Assembly: GCA_002269645.1 (NCBI GenBank)
Contig: NIVC01001104.1
Coordinates: forward strand, 248,001-312,000
Origin: Macrostomum lignano
Taxonomy: Eukaryota
Reading direction: 5' to 3'
Length of the DNA: 64,000 bases
Positions 46,701 through 59,660 of this stretch are shown here, piece after piece. The notes under the pieces are model-generated. The model was given only the letters and a program-made list of their open reading frames with translations. It made no database searches and was not told where the DNA came from. The number at the start of each line of letters is the position of its first letter. Position 1 is the first letter of the stretch. The translations under genes and the position numbers were made by a program.

Positions 46701-47225
46701 TCCCCTCTCTCCCTTCTCCTTTTTACTGGCCTGCAGCCATGAGCTGGATTTCTCTATCTGATCCAAATTGCTACTGTTAGAAATTCAAATTGCTACTAAT
46801 AGTACAGTTTCGCGGTTTCTAAGTTAAAGCGTGAAACTTGCCGAAAAACTCACCCGTTGCAGCAGATTCTCCCTATTGACCTCCATTTCCTCCTGCAGCC
46901 GCGGCGCCCAGAACCAGTCCCTGTTGGCCACGCTGGCATCGGCCGTTGGCAGTCGAACTGTGGACACGGCGCCCGTCCTGTCGGATGCGGTGGTCACTGG
47001 CGCAGGCTGCTGCGGCTCCTCGGGCGCCGGCCTCGACAGCCACAGGACGAATTCAGTGAGAGATTTTGTTGCCCAAACGTCACCATAGTAACCGTTGGCG
47101 TCCAGATGAAGCACGCTGCTGCGAGCCCTGCCGAGAGCGGATGATAGCATAGCCTCCGTGATGCCGGTGCCCACCACGATGACATCGTAAGAGTCCAACA
47201 GCCGGTCCATCGAGGGCCTAAGCAT
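43723..47225 (-). CDS. CHM: Rab escort protein (REP/CHM-like, GDI superfamily); exons 47225-46854 and 45116-43723 with a 1-nt frameshift at ~44530
   Basis: YDVIVVGTGITEAMLSSALGRARSSVLHLDANGYYG, RRFNLDISPRL, YGSNEIAEVFCRHSAVWGATFVL and FRRMCPGRQFLP. The phase-0 GT-AG intron is consistent. The insert after GYYG favours REP over GDI. Confidence 0.85.
45353..45813. mobile_element. Foldback/MITE-like element with subterminal repeats and a telomere-like (CCCTAA) core
   Basis: Inverted arms built from CCATCACAAGCTCGAAAAATCACATCGTCGAAAA (left) and its reverse complement (right); degenerate ccctaa repeats at ~45505-45645. Confidence 0.7.
45942..46212 (-). mobile_element. hAT(Charlie)-like MITE; partial same-family copy at ~46510-46770 (+)
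   Basis: Termini CAGGGGTCCGCAAACT / CAAGGGTCGAAA; the internal gtcctttgaaacttcacaa..gtttgtgtctcttctcagctctc is shared with the 24665, 26591 and 29976 copies. No clear TSD. Confidence 0.65.
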
Positions 47226-48068
47226 TCGTAGTTAATTTATGTTTATGCAGTAATTAGGCTAAGATGGTGATTTTTATAGCATTGAATTAGGGCTGCCGGA
47301 TCTTGGGTCTTTTCTTTAAAATGATAAGCGCAATTGTATTTTGCCTTTGCCTTAGCCTTAGCTTGTAACAGGATTAGCCATAGATAACTGTTGTAAGCCA
47401 TTGTGCACTTTTAGTTGCTTCGCAGTCAAGCACGTGGAAAAGAAATCTTGCGAAAAAGAAATCTGCCAAGAAAAAAGAAATGGAAAGTTATACATGCGAG
47501 AGTCGGATCCGGATAAGTGAGTTCAGTTTTGTTCTCTGTAGAGAACCCGAATAAATTCCTGATGATATTGTATTCAGCTTTGTCGAACAATTACATGTAA
47601 CAGTCTCAGTGTTCATTCTGAATTTTTATGAATTCTTGCTAATGGCTTTGATCCAGTCTTTCTGGTCGCTGTCTTCATTTAACTTTTTTAATTCAGACAT
47701 TCATCGTTTTGTATCTCGAGTTTTGGTAACAAAAGCGAGTCCATCCATAATATTAATGTTTGGTGTACATCCAGCGAAATCCAAGTAATCAAGATCAAAA
47801 AGAACATCTGACAAGAGAAAATGACTATTTATAAGCAACCGTTGAGAAATCTGATGCTTGATTTTGTAGCCTGTACAATCTTAGTCTTAGTAGCGCAACC
47901 AGAAATCCAGAAATTTGTTGGGGGCGGATTGGGGGGTCGATAGGGCGGGCATATACATACTTAGGCATGCACTTAGGCATTTATACTTACCCCATGGTTG
48001 TGCCCCTGCAATTAGTCTCGTCTTTATTTTCTCCCGCGTCTGCTTTACTGATTCAGTTCACATATAGC

Positions 48069-48385
48069 CAAGGGCGTCGCCATGGATGGTAGGGGGAACA
48101 AAGCCAAGAATTCAACATGTACATGTGTACATGACTAAATTTTGGCACTCCTTTTGGCGCCGCAGGCACTCATTTTAGGGCTGAAAGCACTCATTTTAGC
48201 ACCGCAGGCATTTCTTTTAGCGCCGCAGGCACTCATTTTAGCGCCGAAGGCGCTATATTTTGGCACCCTAAAGAAAAATTATTGATTACCAAAGCGACTC
48301 ACAAGGTGGGGGTGGGGGACAAAGCATTGGCATGTTCCCCCAGAGCTTTTACTGGGGGGACATGTCCCCCTGTCCGCCCCCCCCA
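48069..48385 (-). mobile_element. Short, inverted copy of the 31390-34102 MITE family with only ~4-5 satellite units
   Basis: CAAGGGCGTCGCCATGGAT end; gcactcattttagcgccgcag units; both unique subterminal segments match in reverse complement. Confidence 0.8.
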
Positions 48386-49774
48386 GTGAGTTTTTTATGC
48401 GATCAGTCACTAATATTTATAGAAAAAATGTTTCATTCATCCCTACCAACGTTGATAGTTTAAAAACTGTATTATGGTATAAAAGCCATGTATGTATATA
48501 GAGCTAAAGTATCTGTCAAAGTTCCGGATGCATTGTTATTTCTCATGATACAAATTGCTTATTGACCGCGCGATAATTTAAAAGATATTACACGATAATG
48601 GGAAATTTTCTGTGACGTCACGTGCGTGCCCACTGCACTCTGTTGCTTATGTTACTAATATATATGTAATATGTTAGGCCTAGTAAGCTATTTAGTAATT
48701 TTATTAACATTAGCTATCAAGGTTGTGCAGGCGATGGTTGTCGAAAGTTCTATACTATACTTCTAAAATAAAAAACTTGTGTACTTTGCCTAACATATAG
48801 TATATCATATATGCTCATACTTTACTTAGTGTAGTATACTAGCTATATTTTTCTAATTTTCCCATGTTTTAAAAGAGTATATCAAGGTTTGCCACTTTGC
48901 TGGGCGTTTTTTAAATACAGCTAATGCATTTTGCTCTTTGAAATTTTTATTTGCTTTATTTCTGCTTTATATATTCTGCCATTTATCAAATGATCATCAT
49001 GGTCATAGCTCTAACACTAACAAGGACCTTGGGTTTGGGCCTACTGTAATTTGTTTTTACTGTATCTATCACTAGTAAAGTAAAGTAAACTTAACTATTG
49101 GCACTGTTAGCCATCAATCCTAGTTATTATTGTTATATACATTTTATTTATATAATATCGGTGAATAATACCAGTGAAAATTATTTGGGAATTGTCAAGT
49201 TCTGTTTGTTAAATTACTTTGACTCTAGAAAAGTACTGTACAAACTATTTTAAGTACAAATAACTAATTGCTAGCTATGTTGACATGTAATTAAATAATA
49301 GTTTAAAATTATTTTAGCCTTGCAAGTTGCAATTGATATTAGATTAACATGAAAGACAAAATGATTATGCCTTGTCTCTTAAATCCTTGGTTTTTAGTGT
49401 TTAAAAATTACAATAAAAAATTAAGTCCAGATTTGGGTCTAAAATACTAAATTACAGTTATGAAATTCAATTAAAGACTAGGCCCTAACATTTATCTATT
49501 AATAATATTTTACTGTCTTGCAATGATTTAATTGCATTTAATTATGCAATTATGCATTGGATTTGTGATTGTTAGTTCTCTGCTATGATTGGTCTTTTGA
49601 CAAGGTAACCTTAGAAATGCCTTTAATAATTATAATATTTATTATTTTAATTTTGAACTATATTAATAATCCAATGTTTATATTTTTTCTATTGATTTGA
49701 CATTTTATCTGAACTAATATGTTCATTTAGTGTAAAAATGAAACTATTTTATTTATTTGTTTTACTAATTTCAG

Positions 49775-52700
49775 AATTCAAGAATAATTCTTAATTATAA
49801 ACTGAAGGGAAATTTCTTCAGTCCATTCAAAAGCTTACCTGCACTTGGTCCAAATAGAACTCATATTTTATGTATGCATACTGTCTGCAAAGATGTTGAG
49901 CAGCGGACAAAATTTATTGTGAGATACTTTGTTAATCTATTTAGTTAGTTCTATCTATAATCTTTAAAAACTAGCTATGAGATTTAGTATAAGATTTGCT
50001 AGCTGTGAAATTTGACAGCTGTGAGATTTGCTAGCTGTGAGATTTGCCAGCTGTGAGATATGCCAGCTGTGAGATTTGCCAGCTGTAAAATATGCCAGCT
50101 GTGAGATATGCCAGCTGTGAGATTTTCCAGCTGTGAGATTTGCCAGCTGTGAGATTTTCCAGTTGTGAGATTTTCCAGTTGTGAGATTTGCCAGCTGTGA
50201 GATTTTCCAGTTGTAAAATATGCCAGCTGTGAGATATGCCAGCTGTGAGATTTTCCAGCTGTGAGATTTGCCAGCTGTGAGATTTTCCAGCTGTGAGATT
50301 TGCCAGCTGTGAGATTTTCCAGTTGTGAGATTTGCCAGCTGTGAGATTTGCCAGCTGTGAGATTTGCCAGCTGTGAGATTTTCCAGTTGTGAGATTTGCC
50401 AGAGCCCCTGTGAGATTTGCTAGCTGTGAGATTTGCCAGCTGTGAGATATGCCAGCTGTGAGATTTGCTGTGAGATTTGACAGCTGTGAGATTTGCTAGC
50501 TGTGAGATTTGCTAGCTGTGAAATTTGCTAGCTGTGAGATTTGACAGCTGTGAGATTTGCCAGCTGTGAGATTTTCCAGTTGTGAGATTTGCCAGAGCCC
50601 CTGTGAGATTTGCCAGCTGTGAGATTTGCCAGCTGTGAGATTTTCCAGTTGTGAGATTTGCCAGAGCCCCTGTGAGATTTGCCAGCTGTGAGATTTGCCA
50701 GCTGTGAGATTTTCCAGTTGTGAGATTTGCCAGAGCCCCTGTGAGATTTGCTAGCTGTGAGATTTGCCAGCTGTGAGATATGCCAGCTGTGAGATTTGCT
50801 GTGAGATTTGACAGCTGTGAGATTTGCTAGCTGTGAGATTTGCTAGCTGTGAAATTTGCTAGCTGTGAGATTTGACAGCTGTGAGATTTGCCAGCTGTGA
50901 GATATGCCAGCTGTGAGATATGCCAGCTGTGAGATTCGCTGTGAGATTTGACAGCTGTGAGATTTGCCAGCTGTGAGATTTTCCAGTTGTGAGATTTGCC
51001 AGAGCCCCTGTGAGATTTGCCAGCTGTGAGATTTGCCAGCTGTGAGATTTGCCAGCTGTGAGATATGCCAGCTGTGAGATTTGACAGCTGTGAGATATGC
51101 CAGCTGTGAGATATGCCAGCTGTGAGATATGCCAGCTGTGAGATTCGCTGTGAGATTTGACAGCTGTGAGATTTGCCAGCTGTGAGATTTTCCAGTTGTG
51201 AGATTTGCCAGAGCCCCTATGAGATTTGCCAGCTGTGAGATTTGCTTCCTATTCTCGTTCTCAGGCTGGCCTTGAAGGCAACATTGGCAGCGGAAAAACT
51301 TCACTTGTGGCCGAGTTAAAACGCCGTATTAACAATAGTTCGTTGGAACCATTAAAATTCGTTGACGAACCGGTGGAAAAGTGGACTGACTTCAATGGCA
51401 TTAATCTGCTGCAGCTGATGTACAGCGACCCGATTCGTTGGTCAAATTTATTTCAAGCCTACGTTATGCTCACTATGGTTGATGGGCATCGCCAGGCCGA
51501 CCTAGTGAGCGAAGGACCATGTCTGATAGAGAGAACACTTCATTCGTGTGCTCAAATATTTGTGAAGAGTCTGCATCAGAGGTGAAAATTTAAATAAACC
51601 AGCTACTTGAATTCAGCAATAAGAATCCTCATCTGTGTCAGCTATAATAATCCCCATCTCATACTAATCCCCATCTCATAAGAATCCCCATCTCATAGGA
51701 ATCCCCATCTCATAGGAATCCACATCTCATAGGAATCCGCATCTCATAGGAGTCCGCATCTCATAGGAGTCCGCATCTCATAGGAGTCCGCATCCAATGC
51801 TTCCAATTCATATTCGCCATTCCATCGAATTCAGGGGCCAATTGGAGAGCTGCGACTATGAAATTCTGTGTCAGTGGTACAAATCGTTTATTGAGAATCA
51901 GCTCTACCATCTGGATCTGATTAGTGAGTTGCCTGCGTTCGAAAGGTAGTAGTGAGAGGGATCAAAGGATTGTAGAGAAAGGGAACAAAGTGTAGGGACA
52001 GGAATCAAATGGTTGTAGGGAGAGGGATCGAAGGGTTGTTGGGAGAGGGATCGAAGGTTTGTAGGGAGAGGGATCGAAGGTTTGTAGGGAGAGGGATCGA
52101 AGGGTTGTAGGGAGAGGGCTCGAAGGGGTTGTAGGGAGAGGGCTCGAAGGGGTTGTAGGGAGAGGGATCGAAGGGTTGTAGGGAGAGGGATCGAAGGGTT
52201 GTAGGGAGAGGGATCGAAGGGTTGTAGGGAGAGGGCTTGAAGGGGTTGTAGGGAGAGGGATCGAAGGTTTGTAGGGAGAGGGATCGAAGGTTTGTAGGGA
52301 GAGGGATCGAAGGGGTTGTAAGGAGAGGGATCGAAGGGTTGTAGGGAGAGGGCTCGAAGGGGTTGTAGGGAGAGGGATCGAAGGGTTGTAGGGAGAGGGC
52401 TCGAAGGGGTTGTAGGGAGAGGGATCGAAGGGGTTGTAGGGAGAGGGATCGAAGTGGTGTTAGCCAGGAATTTGTGGATGACGATTTTGGAGGCCATTCC
52501 ACTCGGCAAAGTGTGATATTGGTCGTAGCAAATCGAATTCGCTGGATCTCACTAACCAACGCGTATTTTGCGTTGCCCGCCGCAGTTTACCTGAGAGCCA
52601 GTCCGTCTGTTTGCCTTGAACGGGTTCGCCGGCGCGATAGAAACGAGGAGAGAGGCATCAGCCTTGTGAGTTCTCTATTTGTCCTGCTTGATTAACCTGA

Positions 52701-55700
52701 AGAGTAATTTGTTTTTTTATGTTTCTACTTGTCAGTAGTCTAATTAGAATTTTAATTCCCGTTAAATGTATTTGCATATTTTTTTAAATTGTCATTTTTG
52801 CAGCCAATTTGTATCGGAAATAATTGATGTTGTGCCCTGTGCGAGCTAATCACACACCAATTAGAATAGATGAATATTCCCCATTATCCAGATTAATTAT
52901 TAATTAGTCCTCAATTAGACTGATGGATCGCGATCCGATGGGTGGAATAAGCGGTGGCCTTAATTTTTTGCAAGTCTGCTTTGTATTTTTCTAACCAAAA
53001 ACTCGCATTTATGCGGCTGTGCGATCCGCGTGATTTATTTGTTTTTTTATATACTAATTTCATGCTAATTCTGAGAGGGGGCAAAGACGCCGGATAAATA
53101 GGCAACCAAGGCAGCTGATCCTCTGAGCAGTTGGAAAGTAGCAATCAAAGCAGTAATGCCCGAATTTTTGTTCTCTGAAAGGCTCCTATTGTGTTTCTTT
53201 CTTAATCGCTAATCTCTGTGTTCTACCGCAAAGTTGTCTCGTTGAAATCTTGTACTAAAAGAGAAGGAGCATGTTATAAGTTAAGAGGATTACGCCAAAA
53301 TATCGGTCGCCGCTGAACATGGTTGCAGCAATAAAGTGGAATTATTTGTTAGCAAACAGAAGTAACCTGAGACTTCCAAAAGCGGTCTGATATGACCATA
53401 GAAATAGGTAGTCAGAACAGTAAACAAACTACACTTGTGCATAACAGAGCAGAAGACAGGGTCACCTGAAGGGAGGAACTGAAGAAAAAGCAGAAGACAG
53501 AAGGAACTGAAGAAAAAGCAGAAAATGGGAGGAACTGAAGAAAAAGCAGAAGACAGAAGGAACTGAAGAAAAGGCAGAAAATGGGAGGAACTGAAGAAAA
53601 AGCAGAAAGCGGGAGCAACTGATGACAGAGAAGCAGAAAACGGGAAGAACTGAAGAAAAAGCAGATGGGAGGAGAAACTAAGAGAAAAGCAGAAGGCAGG
53701 AGGAACTGAAGGAAAAGCAGAAGACGGGGGGAACTGAAGGAAAAGCAGAAGACGGGAGGAACTGAAAGAAAAGCAGAAGACGGAAAAAGAAGACGGGAAA
53801 GAAGACGGCTGCTAAGGGAAAAGCAGAAGACGGGAAGAAACTGAAGGAAAAACAGAAGACGGGAAGAAACTGAAGGAAAAGCAGAAGACGGGAAGAAACT
53901 GAAGGAAAAGCAGAAGACGGGGGGAACTGAAGGAAAAGCAGAAGACGGGAGGAACTGAAAGAAAAGCAGAAGACGGAAAAAGAAGACGGGAAAGAAGACG
54001 GCTGCTAAGGGAAAAGCAGAAGACGGGAAGAAACTGAAGGAAAAACAGAAGACGGGAAGAAACTGAAGGAAAAGCAGAAGACGGGAAGAAACTGAAGGAA
54101 AAGCAGAAGACGGGGGGAACTGAAGGAAAATCAGAAGACGGGGGGAACTGAAAGAAAATCAGAAGACGGGGGGAACTGAAGAAAAATCAGAAGACGGGGG
54201 GAACTGAAGGAAAAGCAGAAGACGGGGGGAACTGAAGGAAAATCAGAAGACGGGGGGAACTGAAGGAAAATCAGAAGACGGGGGGAACTAAGGAAAAAGC
54301 AGACGACGGGAGGAACTAAGGGAAAAGCAGAAGACGGGAGGAACTAAGAAAAAAGCAGAAGACGGGAGGAACTAAGGGAAAAGCAGAAGACGGGAGGAAC
54401 TAAGAAAAAAGCAGAAGACGGGAGGAACTAAGGGAAAAGCAGAAGACGGGAGGAACTAAGGGAAAAGCAGAAGACGAGAGGAACTAAGGGAAAATTAGAA
54501 GACGGGAGGAACTAAGGGAAAAGCAGAAGACGGGGGGAACTAAGGGAAAAGCAGAAGACGAGAGGAACTAAGGGAAAAGCAGACGACGGGAGGAACTAAG
54601 GAAAAAGCAGAAGACGGGAGGAACTAAGGGAAAAGCAGACGACGGGAGGAACTAAGGAAAAAGCAGAAGACGGGAGGAACTGAAAGAAAAGCAGAAGACG
54701 GAAAAAGAAGACGGGAAAGAAGACGGCTGCTAAGGGAAAAGCAGAAGACGGGAAGAAACTGAAGGGAAAGCAGAAGACGGGGAACTGAAGGAAAATCAGA
54801 AGACAAGAGGAACTAAGGGAAAAGCAGACGACGGGGGGAACTAAGGGAAAAGCAGAAGACGGGAGGAACTAAGGGAAAAGCAGAAGACGGGAGGAACTAA
54901 GGGAAAAGCAGAAGACGAGAGGAACTAAGGGAAAAGCAGAAGACGAGAGGAACTAAGGGAAAAGCAGAAGACGAGAGGAACTAAGGGAAAAGCAGAAGAC
55001 GGGAGGAACTAAGGGAAAAGCAGAAGACGGGAGGAACTAAGGGAAAAGCAGAAGACGAGAGGAACTAAGGGAAAAGCAGAAGACGAGAGGAACTAAGGGA
55101 AAAGCAGACGACGGGAGGAACTAAGGGAAAAGCAGAAGACGAGAGGAACTAAGGGAAAAGCAGAAGACGGGAGGAACTAAGGGAAAAGCAGAAGACGGGA
55201 AGAAACTGAAGGAAAAGCAGAAGACGGGGGGAACTGAAGGAAAAGCAGAAGACGGGAGGAACTGAAAGAAAAGCAGAAGACGGAAAAAGAAGACGGGAAA
55301 GAAGACGGCTGCTAAGGGAAAAGCAGAAGACGGGAAGAAACTGAAGGAAAAACAGAAGACGGGAAGAAACTGAAGGAAAAGCAGAAGACGGGAAGAAACT
55401 GAAGGAAAAGCAGAAGACGGGGGGAACTGAAGGAAAATCAGAAGACGGGGGGAACTGAAAGAAAATCAGAAGACGGGGGGAACTGAAGGAAAATCAGAAG
55501 ACGGGGGGAACTGAAGGAAAAGCAGAAGACGGGGGGAACTGAAGGAAAATCAGAAGACGGGGGGAACTGAAGGAAAATCAGAAGACGGGGGGAACTAAGG
55601 AAAAAGCAGACGACGGGAGGAACTAAGAAAAAAGCAGAAGACGGGAGGAACTAAGGGAAAAGCAGAAGACGGGAGGAACTAAGAAAAAAGCAGAAGACGG

Positions 55701-57186
55701 GAGGAACTAAGGGAAAAGCAGAAGACGGGAGGAACTAAGGGAAAAGCAGAAGACGAGAGGAACTAAGGGAAAATTAGAAGACGGGAGGAACTAAGGGAAA
55801 AGCAGACGACGGGGGGAACTAAGGGAAAAGCAGAAGACGAGAGGAACTAAGGGAAAAGCAGACGACGGGAGGAACTAAGGAAAAAGCAGAAGACGGGAGG
55901 AACTAAGGGAAAAGCAGACGACGGGAGGAACTAAGGAAAAAGCAGAAGACGGGAGGAACTGAAAGAAAAGCAGAAGACGGAAAAAGAAGACGGGAAAGAA
56001 GACGGCTGCTAAGGGAAAAGCAGAAGACGGGAAGAAACTGAAGGGAAAGCAGAAGACGGGGAACTGAAGGAAAATCAGAAGACAAGAGGAACTAAGGGAA
56101 AAGCAGACGACGGGGGGAACTAAGGGAAAAGCAGAAGACGGGAGGAACTAAGGGAAAAGCAGAAGACGGGAGGAACTAAGGGAAAAGCAGAAGACGAGAG
56201 GAACTAAGGGAAAAGCAGAAGACGAGAGGAACTAAGGGAAAAGCAGAAGACGAGAGGAACTAAGGGAAAAGCAGAAGACGGGAGGAACTAAGGGAAAAGC
56301 AGAAGACGGGAGGAACTAAGGGAAAAGCAGAAGACGAGAGGAACTAAGGGAAAAGCAGAAGACGAGAGGAACTAAGGGAAAAGCAGACGACGGGAGGAAC
56401 TAAGGAAAAAGCAGAAGACGAGAGGAACTAAGGGAAAAGCAGAAGACGGGAGGAACTAAGGGAAAAGCAGAAGACGGGAGGAACTAAGGGAAAAGCAGAA
56501 GACGGGAGGAACTAAGGGAAAAGCAGAAGACGGGAAGAAACTGAAGGAAAAGCAGAAGACGAGAGGAACTAAGGGAAAAGCAGAAGACGGGAGGAACTAA
56601 GGGAAAAGCAGAAGACGGGAAGAAACTGAAGGAAAAGCAGACGACGGGAGGAACTAAGGGAAAAGCAGACGACGGGAGGAACTAAGGAAAAGCAGACGAC
56701 GGGAGGAACTAAGGGAAAAGCAGACGACGGGAGGAACTAAGGAAAAGCAGACGACGGGAGGAACTAAGGAAAAAGCAGAAGACGGAAAAAGAAGACGGGA
56801 AAGAAGACGGCTGCTAAGGGAAAAGCAGAAGACGGGAGGAACTGAAGTAAAAGCAGAAAGCGGGAGCAACTGAAGGAAAAGCAGAAGACGGGAGAAACTG
56901 AATGAAAGGCTGGTAGACATTAGGTCGTCAATAACAACAAAAAGTACAACCAAAATGAAGCAGCCTCCCCAATGGACCTTAGCTAATTTTATTTCACTTG
57001 GGCCAGGAGCTGCTAGCCGGAATGCACGAACTGCACGAGAGCTGGCTGGCCAGTGCCGACTCTCGACCGCCAATCGGGGCCGATCGCGTGGTCGTTCTCG
57101 ACGCGGAATGCTCTCCTGAGCAGCTGAACGAGCAGTGGGATCGGCTGGTTGTCCCGTTGCTGCCGAGTAGAAAAGTCGCTGAATAG
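49775..57186 (+). CDS. Deoxynucleoside kinase (dNK/TK2-like); exons 49775-49918, 51265-51581, 51835-51923, 52586-52665, 57007-57186; start either 48671-48682 (MLGL) or a trans-spliced leader
   Basis: P-loop LEGNIGSGKT, EPVEKW, RWSNLFQAY, IERTLHS, DLIIYLRASPSVCLERVRRRDRNEE and LHESWL. All junction phases are compatible GT-AG. Confidence 0.88.
49995..51245. repeat. 16-bp intronic minisatellite (GCTGTGAGATTTGCCA)n
   Basis: About 75 units, with a periodic agcccc variant. Confidence 0.97.
51650..51795. repeat. 17-bp intronic minisatellite (ATAGGAATCCCCATCTC)n
   Basis: About 8 units. Confidence 0.9.
51955..52455. repeat. 23-24 bp intronic minisatellite (GTTGTAGGGAGAGGGATCGAAGG)n
   Basis: About 21 units. 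Confidence 0.95.
53445..56900. repeat. ~28-bp purine-rich intronic satellite (AAGCAGAAGACGGGAGGAACTAAGGGAA)n with higher-order duplication
   Basis: 3.4 kb. Identical variant blocks are offset by 1279 bp (the ORFs at 54624 and 55903 are identical). Confidence 0.97.
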
Positions 57187-57324
57187 CGCAGCAGCTAGCG
57201 TGTGTGACGCTGCCCTGGTGATCTGTATGAAATTGCGGCTTGTTTTGTGTATTATAGATTACTATTTTCATGTTATACCTCTAGCGAAGCGGGTAGCCAA
57301 CACGTCATCACAAATTAATGATTA

Positions 57325-58280
57325 CCTGGGCTGCCCTCCCAGATCTTCAGTTGCTGGGCCAGCCTCCCAGATCCTCAGTTGCTGGGCCAGCCTCCCAGAT
57401 CCTTAGTTGCTGGGCCAGCCTCCCAGATCCTCAGTTGCTGGGCCAGCCTCCCAGATCCTCAGTTGCTGGGCCAGCCTCCCAGATCCTCAGCTGCTGATCC
57501 AGCCTCCCAGATCCTCAGTTGCTGGGCCAGCCTCCCGGATCCTCAGTTGCTGGGCCAGCCTCCCAGATCCTCAGTTGCTGGGCCAACCTCCCGGATCCTC
57601 AGTTGCTGGGCCAGCCTCCCAGATCCTCAGTTGCTGGGCCAACCTCCCAGATCCTCAGTTGCTGGGCCAGCCTCCCAGATCCTCAGTTGCTGGGCCAGCC
57701 TCCCAGATCCTCAGTTTCTGGGCCAGCCTCCCAGAGTGTCAGTTGCTGTGCCAGCCTCCCAGATCCTCAGTTTCTGGGCCAGCCTCCCAGAGTGTCAGTT
57801 GCTGTGCCAGCCTCCCAGATCCTCAGTTGCTGGGCCAGCCTCCCAGATCCTCAGTTGCTGGGCCAGCCTCCCGGATCCTCAGTTTCTGGGCCAGCCTCCC
57901 AGAGTGTCAGTTGCTGTGCCAGCCTCCCAGATCCTCAGTTTCTGGGCCAGCCTCCCAGAGTGTCAGTTGCTGTGCCAGCCTCCCAGATCCTCAGTTTCTG
58001 GGCCAGCCTCCCAGAGTGTCAGTTGCTGTGCCAGCCTCCCAGATCCTCAGTTTCTGGGCCAGCCTCCCAGAGTGTCAGTTGCTGTGCCAGCCTCCCAGAT
58101 CCTCAGTTTCTGGGCCAGCCTCCCAGAGTGTCAGTTGCTGTGCCAACCTCCCAGATCCTCAGTTGCTGGGCCAGCCTCCCAGATCCTCAGTTTCTGGGCC
58201 AGCCTCCCAGATCCTCAGTTTCTGGGCCAGCCTCCCAGAGTGTCAGTTGCTGTGCCAGCCTCCCAGTTCCTCAATTTCTG
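57325..58280. repeat. 28-bp minisatellite (TTGCTGGGCCAGCCTCCCAGATCCTCAG)n evolving into a 56-bp dimer
   Basis: The right half alternates tttctggg..agagtgtcag and ttgctgtg..agatcctcag units. Confidence 0.96.
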
Positions 58281-58609
58281 GGTCACCCGGGTAAAAAAGC
58301 TAATAAAAAGGTACTCAGCTATTTGCCTGAGAAAACATTTTTAATCAGTGTTTCGATGCAATATTAGGCTCTTTTATGTTGAAGCCAGGTATTTTTCATG
58401 TACTTATTCACAACTGTGTGTAGTGTATTTTTGCACCACATAATTTTAGCTATCAAGCATCACTCTATCGGCACTTGTACTTTTGAATCGAGCTTCACTG
58501 CTGTGGTCCCAGCTGTCTCAGTTGTCCGTTTTTTTTTCTGACTATTATAGCCTCTGTACTACTTAATTTTTTTCGGCCGTGTTGATGTAGATAAATACTA
58601 CAGTATATC

Positions 58610-59085
58610 TTGATGCTGTGGTGTTTATCCTGATGCTGTAGTGTTTATCCTGATGCTGTAGTGTTTATCCTGATGCTGTAGTGTTTATCCTGATGCTGTA
58701 GTGTTTATCCTGATGCTGTAGTGTTTATCCTGATGCTGTAGTGTTTATCCTGATGCTGTAGTGTTTATCCTGATGCTGTAGTGTTTATCCTGATGCTGTA
58801 GTGTTTATCCTGATGCTGTAGTGTTTATCCTGATGCTGTAGTGTTTATCCTGATGCTGTAGTGTTTATCCTGATGCTGTAGTGTTTATCCTGATGCTGTA
58901 GTGTTTATCCTGATGCTGTAGTGTTTATCCTGATGCTGTAGTGTTTATCCTGATGCTGTAGTGTTTATCCTGATGCTGTAGTGTTTATCCTGATGCTGTA
59001 GTGTTTATCCTGATGCTGTAGTGTTTATCCTGATGCTGTAGTGTTTATCCTGATGCTGTAGTGTTTATCCTGCTGCTGTAGTGTG
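58610..59085. repeat. Perfect 20-bp minisatellite (GTGTTTATCCTGATGCTGTA)n
   Basis: About 23 copies. Confidence 0.98.
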
Positions 59086-59382
59086 TATTTGCAGTCTTCA
59101 TTGCTGCAAAATGCTGAAAAGAAGAAATTCGACTTATTTAAAGATGCTTAATTCGCACTGCAATATTACTTATATTTGGAACCTGTCAGGTACATGTGCG
59201 TTGCCATGGCGTTGAATAATATTTTTTCTGACATCCTGTTTGGACCAATAGAGCTGATGATAATTATTATTATTATGCGGGATTTTTAATTCATAATTAT
59301 TGTGAATTTAAGTTGCCTTGTTTTGTTTTTTGTCGTTGCGAAATTAATTCTTGATAATTGAGAAGCCACCTTCTGATTCACC

Positions 59383-59660
59383 ACTTCCCATTCCCCACTC
59401 CCCATCCCCTCTCCCCATTCCCCACTCCCCATTCCCCACTCCCCATTCCCTCTCCCCATTCCCTCTCCCCATTCCCACACTCCCCATTCCCCTCTCCCCA
59501 TTCCCCACTCCCCATTCCCCTCTCCCCATTCCCCACTCCCCATTCCCTCTCCCATTCCCCACTCCCCATTCCCTCTCCCCATTCCCCACTCCCATTCCCC
59601 TCTCCCCATTCCCCACGGGGTTCCCCATCCCCTCTCCCGATTCCCACTCTTATTCCCCAC
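59383..59660. repeat. C-rich simple repeat (CCCCATT/CCCCACT/CCCTCT)
   Basis: Direct reading; G-tract-rich on the minus strand. Confidence 0.93.
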
